In this document: one piece after another, positions 47,801 to 55,975 of the stretch
Position numbering within the stretch: position 1 is the stretch's first letter
Layout of the letters: every line of letters begins with the position of its first letter
Source: Patescibacteria group bacterium
Lineage (GTDB): Bacteria > Patescibacteriota > Patescibacteriia > UBA9934
Direction: 5' to 3'
DNA: 64,000 nt
NCBI GenBank assembly: GCA_041666205.1
Contig: JBAYHI010000001.1
Span: 26,894-90,893, forward strand
Notes under the pieces: generated by a model
Databases searched by the model: none
What the model was told of the DNA's origin: nothing
The model's input: only the letters and a program-made list of their open reading frames with translations
Made by a program: the position numbers and the translations under genes

Positions 47801-47830
47801 GTTGATGTCCCGCTTCGCCGTCAGGTATAA
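44807..47830 (+). CDS. Large membrane-anchored surface protein: two SPNGGE Ig-like repeats, Pro-rich linker, carboxypeptidase-regulatory-like domains
   Basis: PNGGE..ITW x2; PPVEPP/PPTT linker; G.VY...P+..A.V.L...TD..GRY.F domains around TM helices. Confidence 0.8.
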   Translation: MMNLVNRCFFGAVVVTIAFFACGNSVVSAASITNVYDQPSTLLISTASNHNFTIVPTSNIDEGDTLTLTFPSGFTTASITEDDVDIADDSVDLTTASDSCAGAEQASVVMASNILTITVCAGDGGTIAAGSTVAIEIGLNASASGTGANQITNPSAVATYFIALAGTFGDFGSIPIPILSRVGGTASATVPSFAAGGSGEEPSPSYMITLDAPNGGESLDYGDAQNITWSNGAAIPLIDIYYSTDSGASYALIAAGQTNDGLYSWTVPDVTTTRARVRVDGMDGSATLATDASDADFTIIGSSIGADYLVTVTSPNGGESYEQGVSRTITWTSGSLISTVNILYSTNGGSSYTSIASGESNDGAYTWTVPVVVTADAKIKIEGIVGALQISSDESDGAFSITAPVVIEEPEPEIPPVEPPVEPPVEPPTEPPTTPPTESPTTPPVTPPGGAEPGTETPATPSPTTTEIEGVEHEVNVTVTTEDGSIALGGDEGAYVLPGMPVLVRVIAEDTEKIEDVSVTIGNRTYMPSEVSDGVYVVSAPIAGGVTNVTVITTYTDGETTSTVGLAQMGYGIVYEIVDDAWVPVSGALVTVQDWSGVNNPAITGSDGAVGWYAPNGSYTVRVEKEGYETKEVGLSVSNNVLAPNVELTKTAEEIIEEVIPGETIVPVVVSETVQVISQSVTQVATAVSDAVIAVRENQAVQDVATVATPVMVVSAVSSAAVLSTSFNLWPILQYLFTAPILFFARRRRQNFGIVYNSITKVPIDLAVVRLYDAQAKLVRTMVTDSDGRYFFNVDAGKYFIRVTKPGFTFPSAYLSGVKADGNFVDIYTQGYLEVTEQSVIIAANIPLDPVSEEGAKATKRIRKDKILRVFQNSVALAGIILAIYIVVIQPSAFSWLMLGVQVLLYVGTKLLIRPRKKKGWGIVYGAEDRSPIANAIVRLFEPKYHKLLETAITDRKGRYAFMVGPNEYYASFEKPGYETREVRPIDYRNKKELTPISVDVPLRRQV

Positions 47831-47916
47831 TGAGGAAAGATTTCGTATTGCGGGAGGTGGATTTTTACGAATGCACCTCTTGCTGTATGAAGCATGAGGA
47901 TTCCTTCTTGAACCGG

Positions 47917-50900
47917 ATGAAAAAAATCGCACGTTTGTTCGTGATCGTGTTTGTTTTTGCGTTTGCATTTGGTGTTACGGCTCCTAAACTTCTCAATGCA
48001 AATGCTGCCGCATCACCAAGCAATATTATTGGCTACCAAGGTCGACTTTTAAATGCAAACGGCGTTCCCCTTACCGACGCGACGGTTGATGTGATCTTTC
48101 GACTTTATACGGCGTCTTCCGGTGGTTCGTGTTTGTGGTCAAACTCTTCGGCTACATGTGCATCAGCCACCGCGCGAAGCGTAACGCTTACAGATGGGCT
48201 TTTTTCTGAAAATCTTGGTGACACGGGAAGTTCTTACGCGGCGATTGCAAGCACGGTATTTGGAGATAATGCAGCGGTCTACTTGGATGTAAATGTGGAG
48301 GGCGAGAGCCTATCGCCTCGTCGTCTTTTGGTTGCGGCGCCATATGCCTTGAATGCACAAACGCTCGATGGAATTGATTCTACGGCATTTGCGCTTCTTA
48401 CAAGTACCGATTTGGATGACGCATATAATAATTTCACTACGAATGCGGCTGTCATCAATATCGACGACAATAACAACGATACGAATGCAGGCCTCACATT
48501 TCTTTCTGCAAACGATACGATCGTTGGGGGCACCATGCTCCAAATTACCAACAACGACACGACCAATAATCCAACAACACTTGCAATCACCAATACCAGC
48601 ACGGGTAGTGGCTTGGCAGTGACGCAGTCCGGGGCAGGGGTTGGGGTTGCAATTACCCAAAACGGTGCTTCAACCGGGCTTACCCTTTCACAAACAACAG
48701 ATTCAATCGCTTTTGGGCTCACTTCCAGTTCAACAACAGCGAATGTTTTTGATATTTCTTCCGGGACGACTTCAGGAAAGATTTTTGATATAACAACGTC
48801 CGCGCTGACGACTGGGAAAATATTTGATCTCACAACGTCCGCGCTGACCACGGGAACGATTTTGGATATTGGAATCACTTCGGAAAATGTGAGTACGGCC
48901 GATATTATTCGCGCATCACATACAAAAATCATCGACACAACCCAGGCGATTTCTGGCAACATGATTGATTTCGAGCGTGTCTTGATGTCAGATACGGGTG
49001 GGGATGTTACCATTTCGGGCGACATGGTAAGTCTCGTAAGCGCAGGTTCAGCGTCTGGCGGTACGCTTACGGATTCGTCAAATGTTCTTTTTGCAAAACA
49101 AGATTATGCCTCCGCAACCGGTGCTGTCATTAATATCGATAACGACGGTGTCGGAGAAGGAATCTGGATTGAACAAGATGGCGATGGTCGCGGAATGTTT
49201 ATTAACCAAGATGGCGCTGGAATTGGTTTGGAAATTGATGCAGAAGCCACGGCATATTCGGGACTTTATGTGAATAGCGCGGCCACTGGCGCCAATGCGA
49301 TTGATTTTATTGGGAGTACGAATACTGGCAAGTTATTAAATCTCACCGCAAACTCCCTCACAACTGGTGTAGGGATTGATTTAGCAACGACGTCTACCTT
49401 GCTTACAAGCGGGGACCTCATTCAAGCGGATCATAGCGCAACGTATACGACCACGAAGACGCTTGACGGGAACTTATTGGATTTAAGTCGTAATCTTACA
49501 ACAAACGGGGCAGGGGCTCTCACATTGAGTGGTGCGCTTGCAACGCTTTCAAATACAGGAACGCAAACCGCAGGGACGCTCACGGATTCATCAAATATTC
49601 TTTTCCTCGATCAGAATTACGCAGCCTCAACCGGGGCGGCACTTCTCATTGATTCCGAATCACTAACAGGTCCATCGATTCAGGTGGATAGCGTTGCCAC
49701 AACTGGGAGCACGGTGGTTGTGAATGCGCCAAGCACAACCACGGGTACGATTTTGAGCATCACCGGCGGTAACTTTACTGACGATTCTGGGTTAGCACTT
49801 GCCATTGACGTGACGGAATCCACTGAGACGGCAAATATTTTGAATATTCAAACAGATTACAGCTCTGGTAATAATAACGTGTTCCGAATTGAAGCCGACG
49901 GCGAAGCATTTAGCGATATTGGGTTCACAGCTGGAGCATTTTCAACAAATTATTACGATGGATCCATTACCTCAACTGGCGCGTTCACCTACGAAGCGGC
50001 AACGAGTTTTACCTGGCAAGACGACGCGGTTGGCCCAAATACACTCATGACGCTCACAGATCTTGGAACGAACGCAACCCTGAGTGTCACAGGGGACTTG
50101 TTTATCGACAAAAATGACAATGATGTCGCTCTAGAAATCGACAGCGAATCCACAACAACCAATGTTTTTGCGCTCAATGCTGATCCAAATCTTTCAGGGA
50201 ATGTTCTTGACATGAGCGCCGATGGATTAACATCCGGAAATGGTTTGGATATTCAAAGTACGTCAACGGCGCTTACAAGCGGAGATCTCATCCAAGCCGA
50301 CCACACGGCAACGTATGGATCTGGCACAGTCAGTGGAAACCTACTTGATCTAACGCGAGCAATCGCAGGTACAGCAACGGTAAACGGATCACTTGCAACA
50401 CTCGCAAGTACAAATAGTGGGAGTGTAACGGATAGCGCAAATATTTTGTTCCTCGATCAGAATTACGCAGCCTCAACCGGGGCGGCACTTCTCATTGATT
50501 CCGAATCACTGACAGGTCCATCGATTCAAGTGGATAGCGTTGCGACAACCGAAAATACGGTGGTTGTGAACGCACCAAGCACAACAACCGGAACAATTTT
50601 GAGCATCACTGGTGGGAACTTTACCGACGATTCCGGATTGGCGCTTGCCATTGACGTTGGGGAATCAACCGAAACAGCAAATATTTTGAATATTCAAACA
50701 GATTACAGTTCTGGCAATAATAACGTGTTCCGAATTGAAGCCGACGGCGAAGCATTCAGCGACATTGGATTTACTGCTGGCTCGTTCTCGACAAATTATT
50801 ACGATGGATCCATTACTTCGACCGGAGCGTTTACATATGAGTCTGCTACGAGTTTTACTTGGCAAGACGACGCGGTTGTCCCGAATACACTCATGACCCT

Positions 50901-53900
50901 CACAGATCTTGGAGCAAATGCAACCTTGAATGTTACAGGCGACCTATTCATTGATAAGAACGATAATGATGTAGCACTCGAAATTGATAGTGAATCTACA
51001 ACGACGAACGTTTTTGTCCTAAATGCGGATCCGAACCTTTCAGGGAACGTCTTTGACATGAGTGCCGATGGATTGACCTCTGGGAATGGCTTAGATATTC
51101 AAAGTACGTCAACGGCGCTTACAAGTGCAGATCTTATCCAAGCTGACCACACGGCAACGTATGGATCGGGAACAGTCAGTGGAAACCTACTTGATCTAAC
51201 GCGAGCAATCGCAGGTACAGCGACGGTCAATGGAGCGCTTGCGACGCTTTGGAGCAAAAATACGGGGAGCGTCACTGATTCCGCAAATATTTTGTTCTTG
51301 GACCAAGATTTCGCGACGTCCACAGGTTCTGCACTCAAAATTGATACGACAACAAGTGCCGGAAAAGCCATTGAGGTTCTTGCTGACAATTTCGGCGGCA
51401 GCGGGAGTGCTATTTCTGTATCACTTGATAATTTGAATGACGGGACAGGGTTTTTACTTGATTCAACATCTGCAAATATTTCCTCTGGTAAGCTCGCAAA
51501 CTTGAGCCATGCCGGAACCTATACGACCGGCGGACCAGTTTCTGGCAATATCCTTGCTGTTTCACGTGCTGTGCAAGTAGATAATGGCCCGTATATTACG
51601 GACGTCACAGGTTCGGTATTTGCGCTATCAAGCAATAATGGAACACTTGGCGGAACCATGAACGACAGTGCGCAAGTGCTTTCAATTTCGCAGTTATATA
51701 CTGGCGCAACGGGTGATGTTTTGAATATCAATAATGACTCAACCGCTTCAACCTCAATCGGCATTCTTGCCGACAGTACGACGGGCACGGTTTTTTCCGC
51801 AACCGCAAATGCGCTCACAACCGGAAATGGTATTGATTTGACAACTGCCTCCACCGTGCTTACGAGTTCGGATCTTATTCAAGTCGATCACACCGCAACA
51901 TATGGGTCTGGCACGATTTCGGGAAATATTCTTGATTTAAGTCGCGCAATTGCAGGCACAGCAACGGTCAATGGAGCGCTTGCCACGCTTGCGAGTACAA
52001 ATAGCGGAAGCGTGACAGATGGAGCAAATATTCTATTCCTCGATCAAAATTACACGGCGTCAACCGGAGCGGCACTGCTTATTGATTCAGAATCGACTGC
52101 TGGTTCCTCGATTGCTATTTTAAGTTCTGCCACCACCGGGGACACGCTTGAAGTGAACGCCTCTGCGACAACAAGCGGGAATATTTTGGATATTGGTGCA
52201 AACGCTGTTGCAAACGGGAAGGTAATCGATATTGATAATAGCGCGCTTACCACAGGATCCATCATTGATATCATCACGGATTCCGGCGCGATCTCTTCTG
52301 GAGATCTTATTCAAATGAATCACAATGGCAGTTATTCCACCAATGTCGGGTTAAGTGGCAGTTTTATGGATTTTACTCGTGACCTTACGAGCACGGCCAA
52401 TACGCTCACCGTTACCGGGCCGATGGTTGAATTCCACAGCGATGGCACGGTTTCGGGAGGGGCGGTGACGGATTCATCAAATATTTTATTCCTGAACCAG
52501 GACTACGAGGCATCAACTGGCGCATCACTTGCGATCGATTCAGAATCACTCACGGGCCCGTCCATTCAAATTGATAGTGCAACGACGACGGGAAATACAC
52601 TTGTTTTCAATGGGGATTATGTAACAACGGGCGCGGTGGAAGTACTAAGTGCAGACCGGTTGACTTCCGGGAATATTCTCGACCTTTCAAGTACTTCCAC
52701 GGTATTGGAGGGGAGCGACTTCATTCAAGGTGATCACACCGCAACATACGTTACAAGCAAAACAATCACCGGCAACCTGCTTGATTTGAGCCGAAACCTT
52801 ACGCTCAACGATGCAGGAAGCGGATATACGCTAGGGATCACCGGAGCACTCGCAACTCTTGCCAATACGGGGACTCAAACATCCGGTACACTCTCGGATT
52901 CCTCAAATATTTTGTTCCTCGATCAAAACTACGCCGCGTCAACTGGCGCGGTGCTCGCAATTGATTCTGAGGCAACATCGAGCAATGCACTTTTGATTGA
53001 TGCTGCAAACACCGATACCGCAGTTATTGCAGCCAATGGCGATAGTTTGACGACTGGAAATCTTCAAACCATGAGCGCTGATGCTCTTACAACTGGCAAT
53101 GGGATCGACATTTCAACAACATCTACGGCGCTCACAAGTTCTGACTTATTCCAGGCCGACCATACAGCAACCTATACAACCACAACGAACGTTACGGGAA
53201 ATCTTTTAGACTTACGTCGTATTCTAACAATCAACGATGGTGGGTCTGACGATCAAACGCTCACATCAAGTGGTGCACTTGCCTATATTCAAAGCGCCAC
53301 AACCGATACATCGGGAGCACTTGCAATTACGGCGCCGCTTCTTTGGCTCGATGAAGACTCTACTGCTTCCACGAATACGATTTTAAAAATTGATTCCGCT
53401 TCCACATCAACAACCGCCATTGGAATCACCGCGGATGCGCAAACAACAGGAAACGGTATTCTTATGAGCGTTGATGGGATGACAACCGGATCTGCTCTAT
53501 ACATTGAGCGTGGGGACGGGGCAACACAATTCTCTGATACTACGGAGGGATTGGCCTATATCGCTCAATTGGACGATAACTCCAATGGTCATATTTTGCA
53601 GGTGAAGAGCAATGGGAGCGGTGGGATATTGGGATATTATAATCACACAGGTCTCAATTCAACGGATCCTGTTTTGAAGGTAATCTCAAATAGCGTAGCA
53701 GATTCGGCAAATGAAGGAATCAATGGATTTGTTGCGGAGTTTATCAATAATAGTGCGGATACAGGTTTAGATAACCGCATGGGGATCATGATCCAGGCCT
53801 GTAAAGACGATGGTGCAACAACAGCATGTAATTTTCTTGAATTCCGCGATGGTGATGGAACGGCAATGGGGGCTGTTGAAGCAAATGGAGCCGGTGGTGT

Positions 53901-55917
53901 TACTTTGCGTAGCGGAAGCGCGGACTATGCCGAATATTTTAATGGCAATCCAGCACTTTTCCCAGAAGGAGTTATTGCCGGCATTCAATCCGATGGTTCC
54001 GTAGCGCCAGCAATCACGGATGAATCTGTAATTGGTGTCCGTTCAATCTCGCCGATTGTATTAGGAGGCGTAAGCGAGGGTGAGTCTATTGCCAATAAAG
54101 TAACGGTTGGTTTGTTTGGCCAGATTCGCGTGAATGTTAATAATGAAGGTGGTGCAATTACAGCAGGCGACTACATTACGGTTTCGTCAGTCCCCGGCGT
54201 TGGGAAGAAGGCAACGGAATCGGGAAAAGTCGTGGGTCAAGCGCTTGAATCCATTGATGGATCGGGCCTCATCAAAGTTTACGTTGCCCCACATTGGCAG
54301 GGAATTAATTTCCTCGCCTCCGACGGAAGTGCAACAACGGTTGCAACCGATTTCATTGTCGACGCTGTCGGCCCGGCCACAGAAAGCTCTGCCTCTGCAT
54401 CACGCTCACTCATCCTGCGCGGTTCAGCCTGGGTTGATGGCGCTTCTGCCTCAACCGATATGGTCATTTTGAACGACGTAACGGATAGTTCTGACTATGG
54501 ATTGAGCGTTTCAAATAACGATGGATCTGAAGTGGCTAATTTGAGCAATAATGGCGATTTGGCAATTGCGGGGAACCTGTATCCATCAGATCGAGGAGTT
54601 TTGCAAACGGAAAAGTATATTTATTACGATGGCTCAACTGGCGTTGGTGGCGATTTAATGCGCACAAATGCCTCGGGATGGGGAACAGGATCATATGACT
54701 TTGCCGAAATGTTCCCGTCAAGTGATTCACTCGCAGCTGGCGAACTTGTGATTTTTGGAAGCAGCAATGAAAGCGTTGCGCGGTCAAGTGGCGCAACATA
54801 CGATCAAATGATTGCCGGTGTGGTTTCAACAAAACCTGGATTCTTAGCCGGTGAAAACAATCCTGGCGATGTGCCGGTGGCTCTTGCGGGTCGTGTTCCA
54901 ACCTATGTGAGTGGGGAAAACGGTTCCATCGCACCTGGTGATCCACTTACATCTTCTACAAAGCCGGGTTATGCCATGAAGGCTACGACTGCTGGACCAA
55001 TCGTTGGCTACGCCATGGAAGCGTTTGATGGAAATACCGGCGTTGTGATTGCGTTCATTCGCCCTTCCTATTATGACGGCGCAACCGATTTGGCTGATGC
55101 CCCGGCTGCAGACAATTCCGCCTCAGAACTTGAAGGTGTTTCCACGCTCAATTTATCGCAAATGCATGATTTGGCAGGTGGAAAACTTATCAATGTTGGT
55201 AGTCTCTCTGGGTTGGCTGGGGCGTGGACATTATCCGAAAACGGGAACTTTGCAACGAGTGGTGACATCAAACACGTCGTAACTTCTTATCAAAATGAGA
55301 AGATCGATACGTACGCTTCTCTTTCTCGCGAACAAACGATTCAATTATCTGGTACCGTGGACATGCAAAATGGATTTGCTAGCGTCACATTTGAAGATGT
55401 AGACGAAAAATTCAATGATGTGATTTCAAATATTGCCCCGTATCGAGTGCTTATTACACCAGAAGGACTTTCGGGACAGCTCTACGTATCAAATCGTGAC
55501 CAAAATGGATTCACGATTCAAGAAAATGGCGGTTCATCGAATGTGAAAGTTGATTGGCTCGTGATCGCCTACGAAAAAGATAAGGAGCCGGAGCAAGAAT
55601 CGCTCATCCCAGAAGATAATATCCCAGCCGAAGAAACGCCTATCGTTTCGGATCCAGTGAGCAATGACGCTGGGACAACCCCAGGGTTGTCCGTACCTGG
55701 GGAATCGCCGGAGGAAATAATTCCTTCGCAAGATCCCATCGTTGATCCAGACGTAGGGACAACTCTAGAGTTGTCCGTGCCAAATGAACCAACCGAAATC
55801 GTCGAACCGATCATTGAAACGCCAACCGAACCGATCATCGATAATTCGTTGATTAATGACGTAGGGACAACCCCAGGGTTGTCCGTACCGGAAGAATCAA
55901 CGATCATTACGGAATAA
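47917..55917 (+). CDS. Giant Thr/Ser-rich repeat fibre/adhesin with two peptidase-G2-like chaperone domains
   Basis: Signal peptide; YQGRL...PYALNA.TLDG N-domain; about 9 DSSNILFLDQ-type repeats; DYAEYF and DFAEMF domains. Confidence 0.8.
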   Translation: MKKIARLFVIVFVFAFAFGVTAPKLLNANAAASPSNIIGYQGRLLNANGVPLTDATVDVIFRLYTASSGGSCLWSNSSATCASATARSVTLTDGLFSENLGDTGSSYAAIASTVFGDNAAVYLDVNVEGESLSPRRLLVAAPYALNAQTLDGIDSTAFALLTSTDLDDAYNNFTTNAAVINIDDNNNDTNAGLTFLSANDTIVGGTMLQITNNDTTNNPTTLAITNTSTGSGLAVTQSGAGVGVAITQNGASTGLTLSQTTDSIAFGLTSSSTTANVFDISSGTTSGKIFDITTSALTTGKIFDLTTSALTTGTILDIGITSENVSTADIIRASHTKIIDTTQAISGNMIDFERVLMSDTGGDVTISGDMVSLVSAGSASGGTLTDSSNVLFAKQDYASATGAVINIDNDGVGEGIWIEQDGDGRGMFINQDGAGIGLEIDAEATAYSGLYVNSAATGANAIDFIGSTNTGKLLNLTANSLTTGVGIDLATTSTLLTSGDLIQADHSATYTTTKTLDGNLLDLSRNLTTNGAGALTLSGALATLSNTGTQTAGTLTDSSNILFLDQNYAASTGAALLIDSESLTGPSIQVDSVATTGSTVVVNAPSTTTGTILSITGGNFTDDSGLALAIDVTESTETANILNIQTDYSSGNNNVFRIEADGEAFSDIGFTAGAFSTNYYDGSITSTGAFTYEAATSFTWQDDAVGPNTLMTLTDLGTNATLSVTGDLFIDKNDNDVALEIDSESTTTNVFALNADPNLSGNVLDMSADGLTSGNGLDIQSTSTALTSGDLIQADHTATYGSGTVSGNLLDLTRAIAGTATVNGSLATLASTNSGSVTDSANILFLDQNYAASTGAALLIDSESLTGPSIQVDSVATTENTVVVNAPSTTTGTILSITGGNFTDDSGLALAIDVGESTETANILNIQTDYSSGNNNVFRIEADGEAFSDIGFTAGSFSTNYYDGSITSTGAFTYESATSFTWQDDAVVPNTLMTLTDLGANATLNVTGDLFIDKNDNDVALEIDSESTTTNVFVLNADPNLSGNVFDMSADGLTSGNGLDIQSTSTALTSADLIQADHTATYGSGTVSGNLLDLTRAIAGTATVNGALATLWSKNTGSVTDSANILFLDQDFATSTGSALKIDTTTSAGKAIEVLADNFGGSGSAISVSLDNLNDGTGFLLDSTSANISSGKLANLSHAGTYTTGGPVSGNILAVSRAVQVDNGPYITDVTGSVFALSSNNGTLGGTMNDSAQVLSISQLYTGATGDVLNINNDSTASTSIGILADSTTGTVFSATANALTTGNGIDLTTASTVLTSSDLIQVDHTATYGSGTISGNILDLSRAIAGTATVNGALATLASTNSGSVTDGANILFLDQNYTASTGAALLIDSESTAGSSIAILSSATTGDTLEVNASATTSGNILDIGANAVANGKVIDIDNSALTTGSIIDIITDSGAISSGDLIQMNHNGSYSTNVGLSGSFMDFTRDLTSTANTLTVTGPMVEFHSDGTVSGGAVTDSSNILFLNQDYEASTGASLAIDSESLTGPSIQIDSATTTGNTLVFNGDYVTTGAVEVLSADRLTSGNILDLSSTSTVLEGSDFIQGDHTATYVTSKTITGNLLDLSRNLTLNDAGSGYTLGITGALATLANTGTQTSGTLSDSSNILFLDQNYAASTGAVLAIDSEATSSNALLIDAANTDTAVIAANGDSLTTGNLQTMSADALTTGNGIDISTTSTALTSSDLFQADHTATYTTTTNVTGNLLDLRRILTINDGGSDDQTLTSSGALAYIQSATTDTSGALAITAPLLWLDEDSTASTNTILKIDSASTSTTAIGITADAQTTGNGILMSVDGMTTGSALYIERGDGATQFSDTTEGLAYIAQLDDNSNGHILQVKSNGSGGILGYYNHTGLNSTDPVLKVISNSVADSANEGINGFVAEFINNSADTGLDNRMGIMIQACKDDGATTACNFLEFRDGDGTAMGAVEANGAGGVTLRSGSADYAEYFNGNPALFPEGVIAGIQSDGSVAPAITDESVIGVRSISPIVLGGVSEGESIANKVTVGLFGQIRVNVNNEGGAITAGDYITVSSVPGVGKKATESGKVVGQALESIDGSGLIKVYVAPHWQGINFLASDGSATTVATDFIVDAVGPATESSASASRSLILRGSAWVDGASASTDMVILNDVTDSSDYGLSVSNNDGSEVANLSNNGDLAIAGNLYPSDRGVLQTEKYIYYDGSTGVGGDLMRTNASGWGTGSYDFAEMFPSSDSLAAGELVIFGSSNESVARSSGATYDQMIAGVVSTKPGFLAGENNPGDVPVALAGRVPTYVSGENGSIAPGDPLTSSTKPGYAMKATTAGPIVGYAMEAFDGNTGVVIAFIRPSYYDGATDLADAPAADNSASELEGVSTLNLSQMHDLAGGKLINVGSLSGLAGAWTLSENGNFATSGDIKHVVTSYQNEKIDTYASLSREQTIQLSGTVDMQNGFASVTFEDVDEKFNDVISNIAPYRVLITPEGLSGQLYVSNRDQNGFTIQENGGSSNVKVDWLVIAYEKDKEPEQESLIPEDNIPAEETPIVSDPVSNDAGTTPGLSVPGESPEEIIPSQDPIVDPDVGTTLELSVPNEPTEIVEPIIETPTEPIIDNSLINDVGTTPGLSVPEESTIITE
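49585..51276 (+). repeat. Intragenic tandem duplication, 2 x 846 bp (282 aa)
   Basis: Equivalent Asp codons at 49585, 50431 and 51277; near-identical protein, many synonymous changes. Confidence 0.9.
55669..55888 (+). repeat. Three in-frame GTAG-type REP-like palindromes inside the fibre gene
   Basis: 55669-55696, 55753-55780, 55861-55888; GTAGGGACAACCCCAGGGTTGTCCGTAC. Confidence 0.8.
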
Positions 55918-55975
55918 GCCCATATTTTCAAGACGCCTTCTGTGATAAAATGGAGGCGTCTTTAAATTTGGATTT

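Noticed and set aside
49585-51276. Diversity-generating retroelement template/variable repeat
   Set aside because: Differences involve all bases and are mostly synonymous; no reverse transcriptase in the window.
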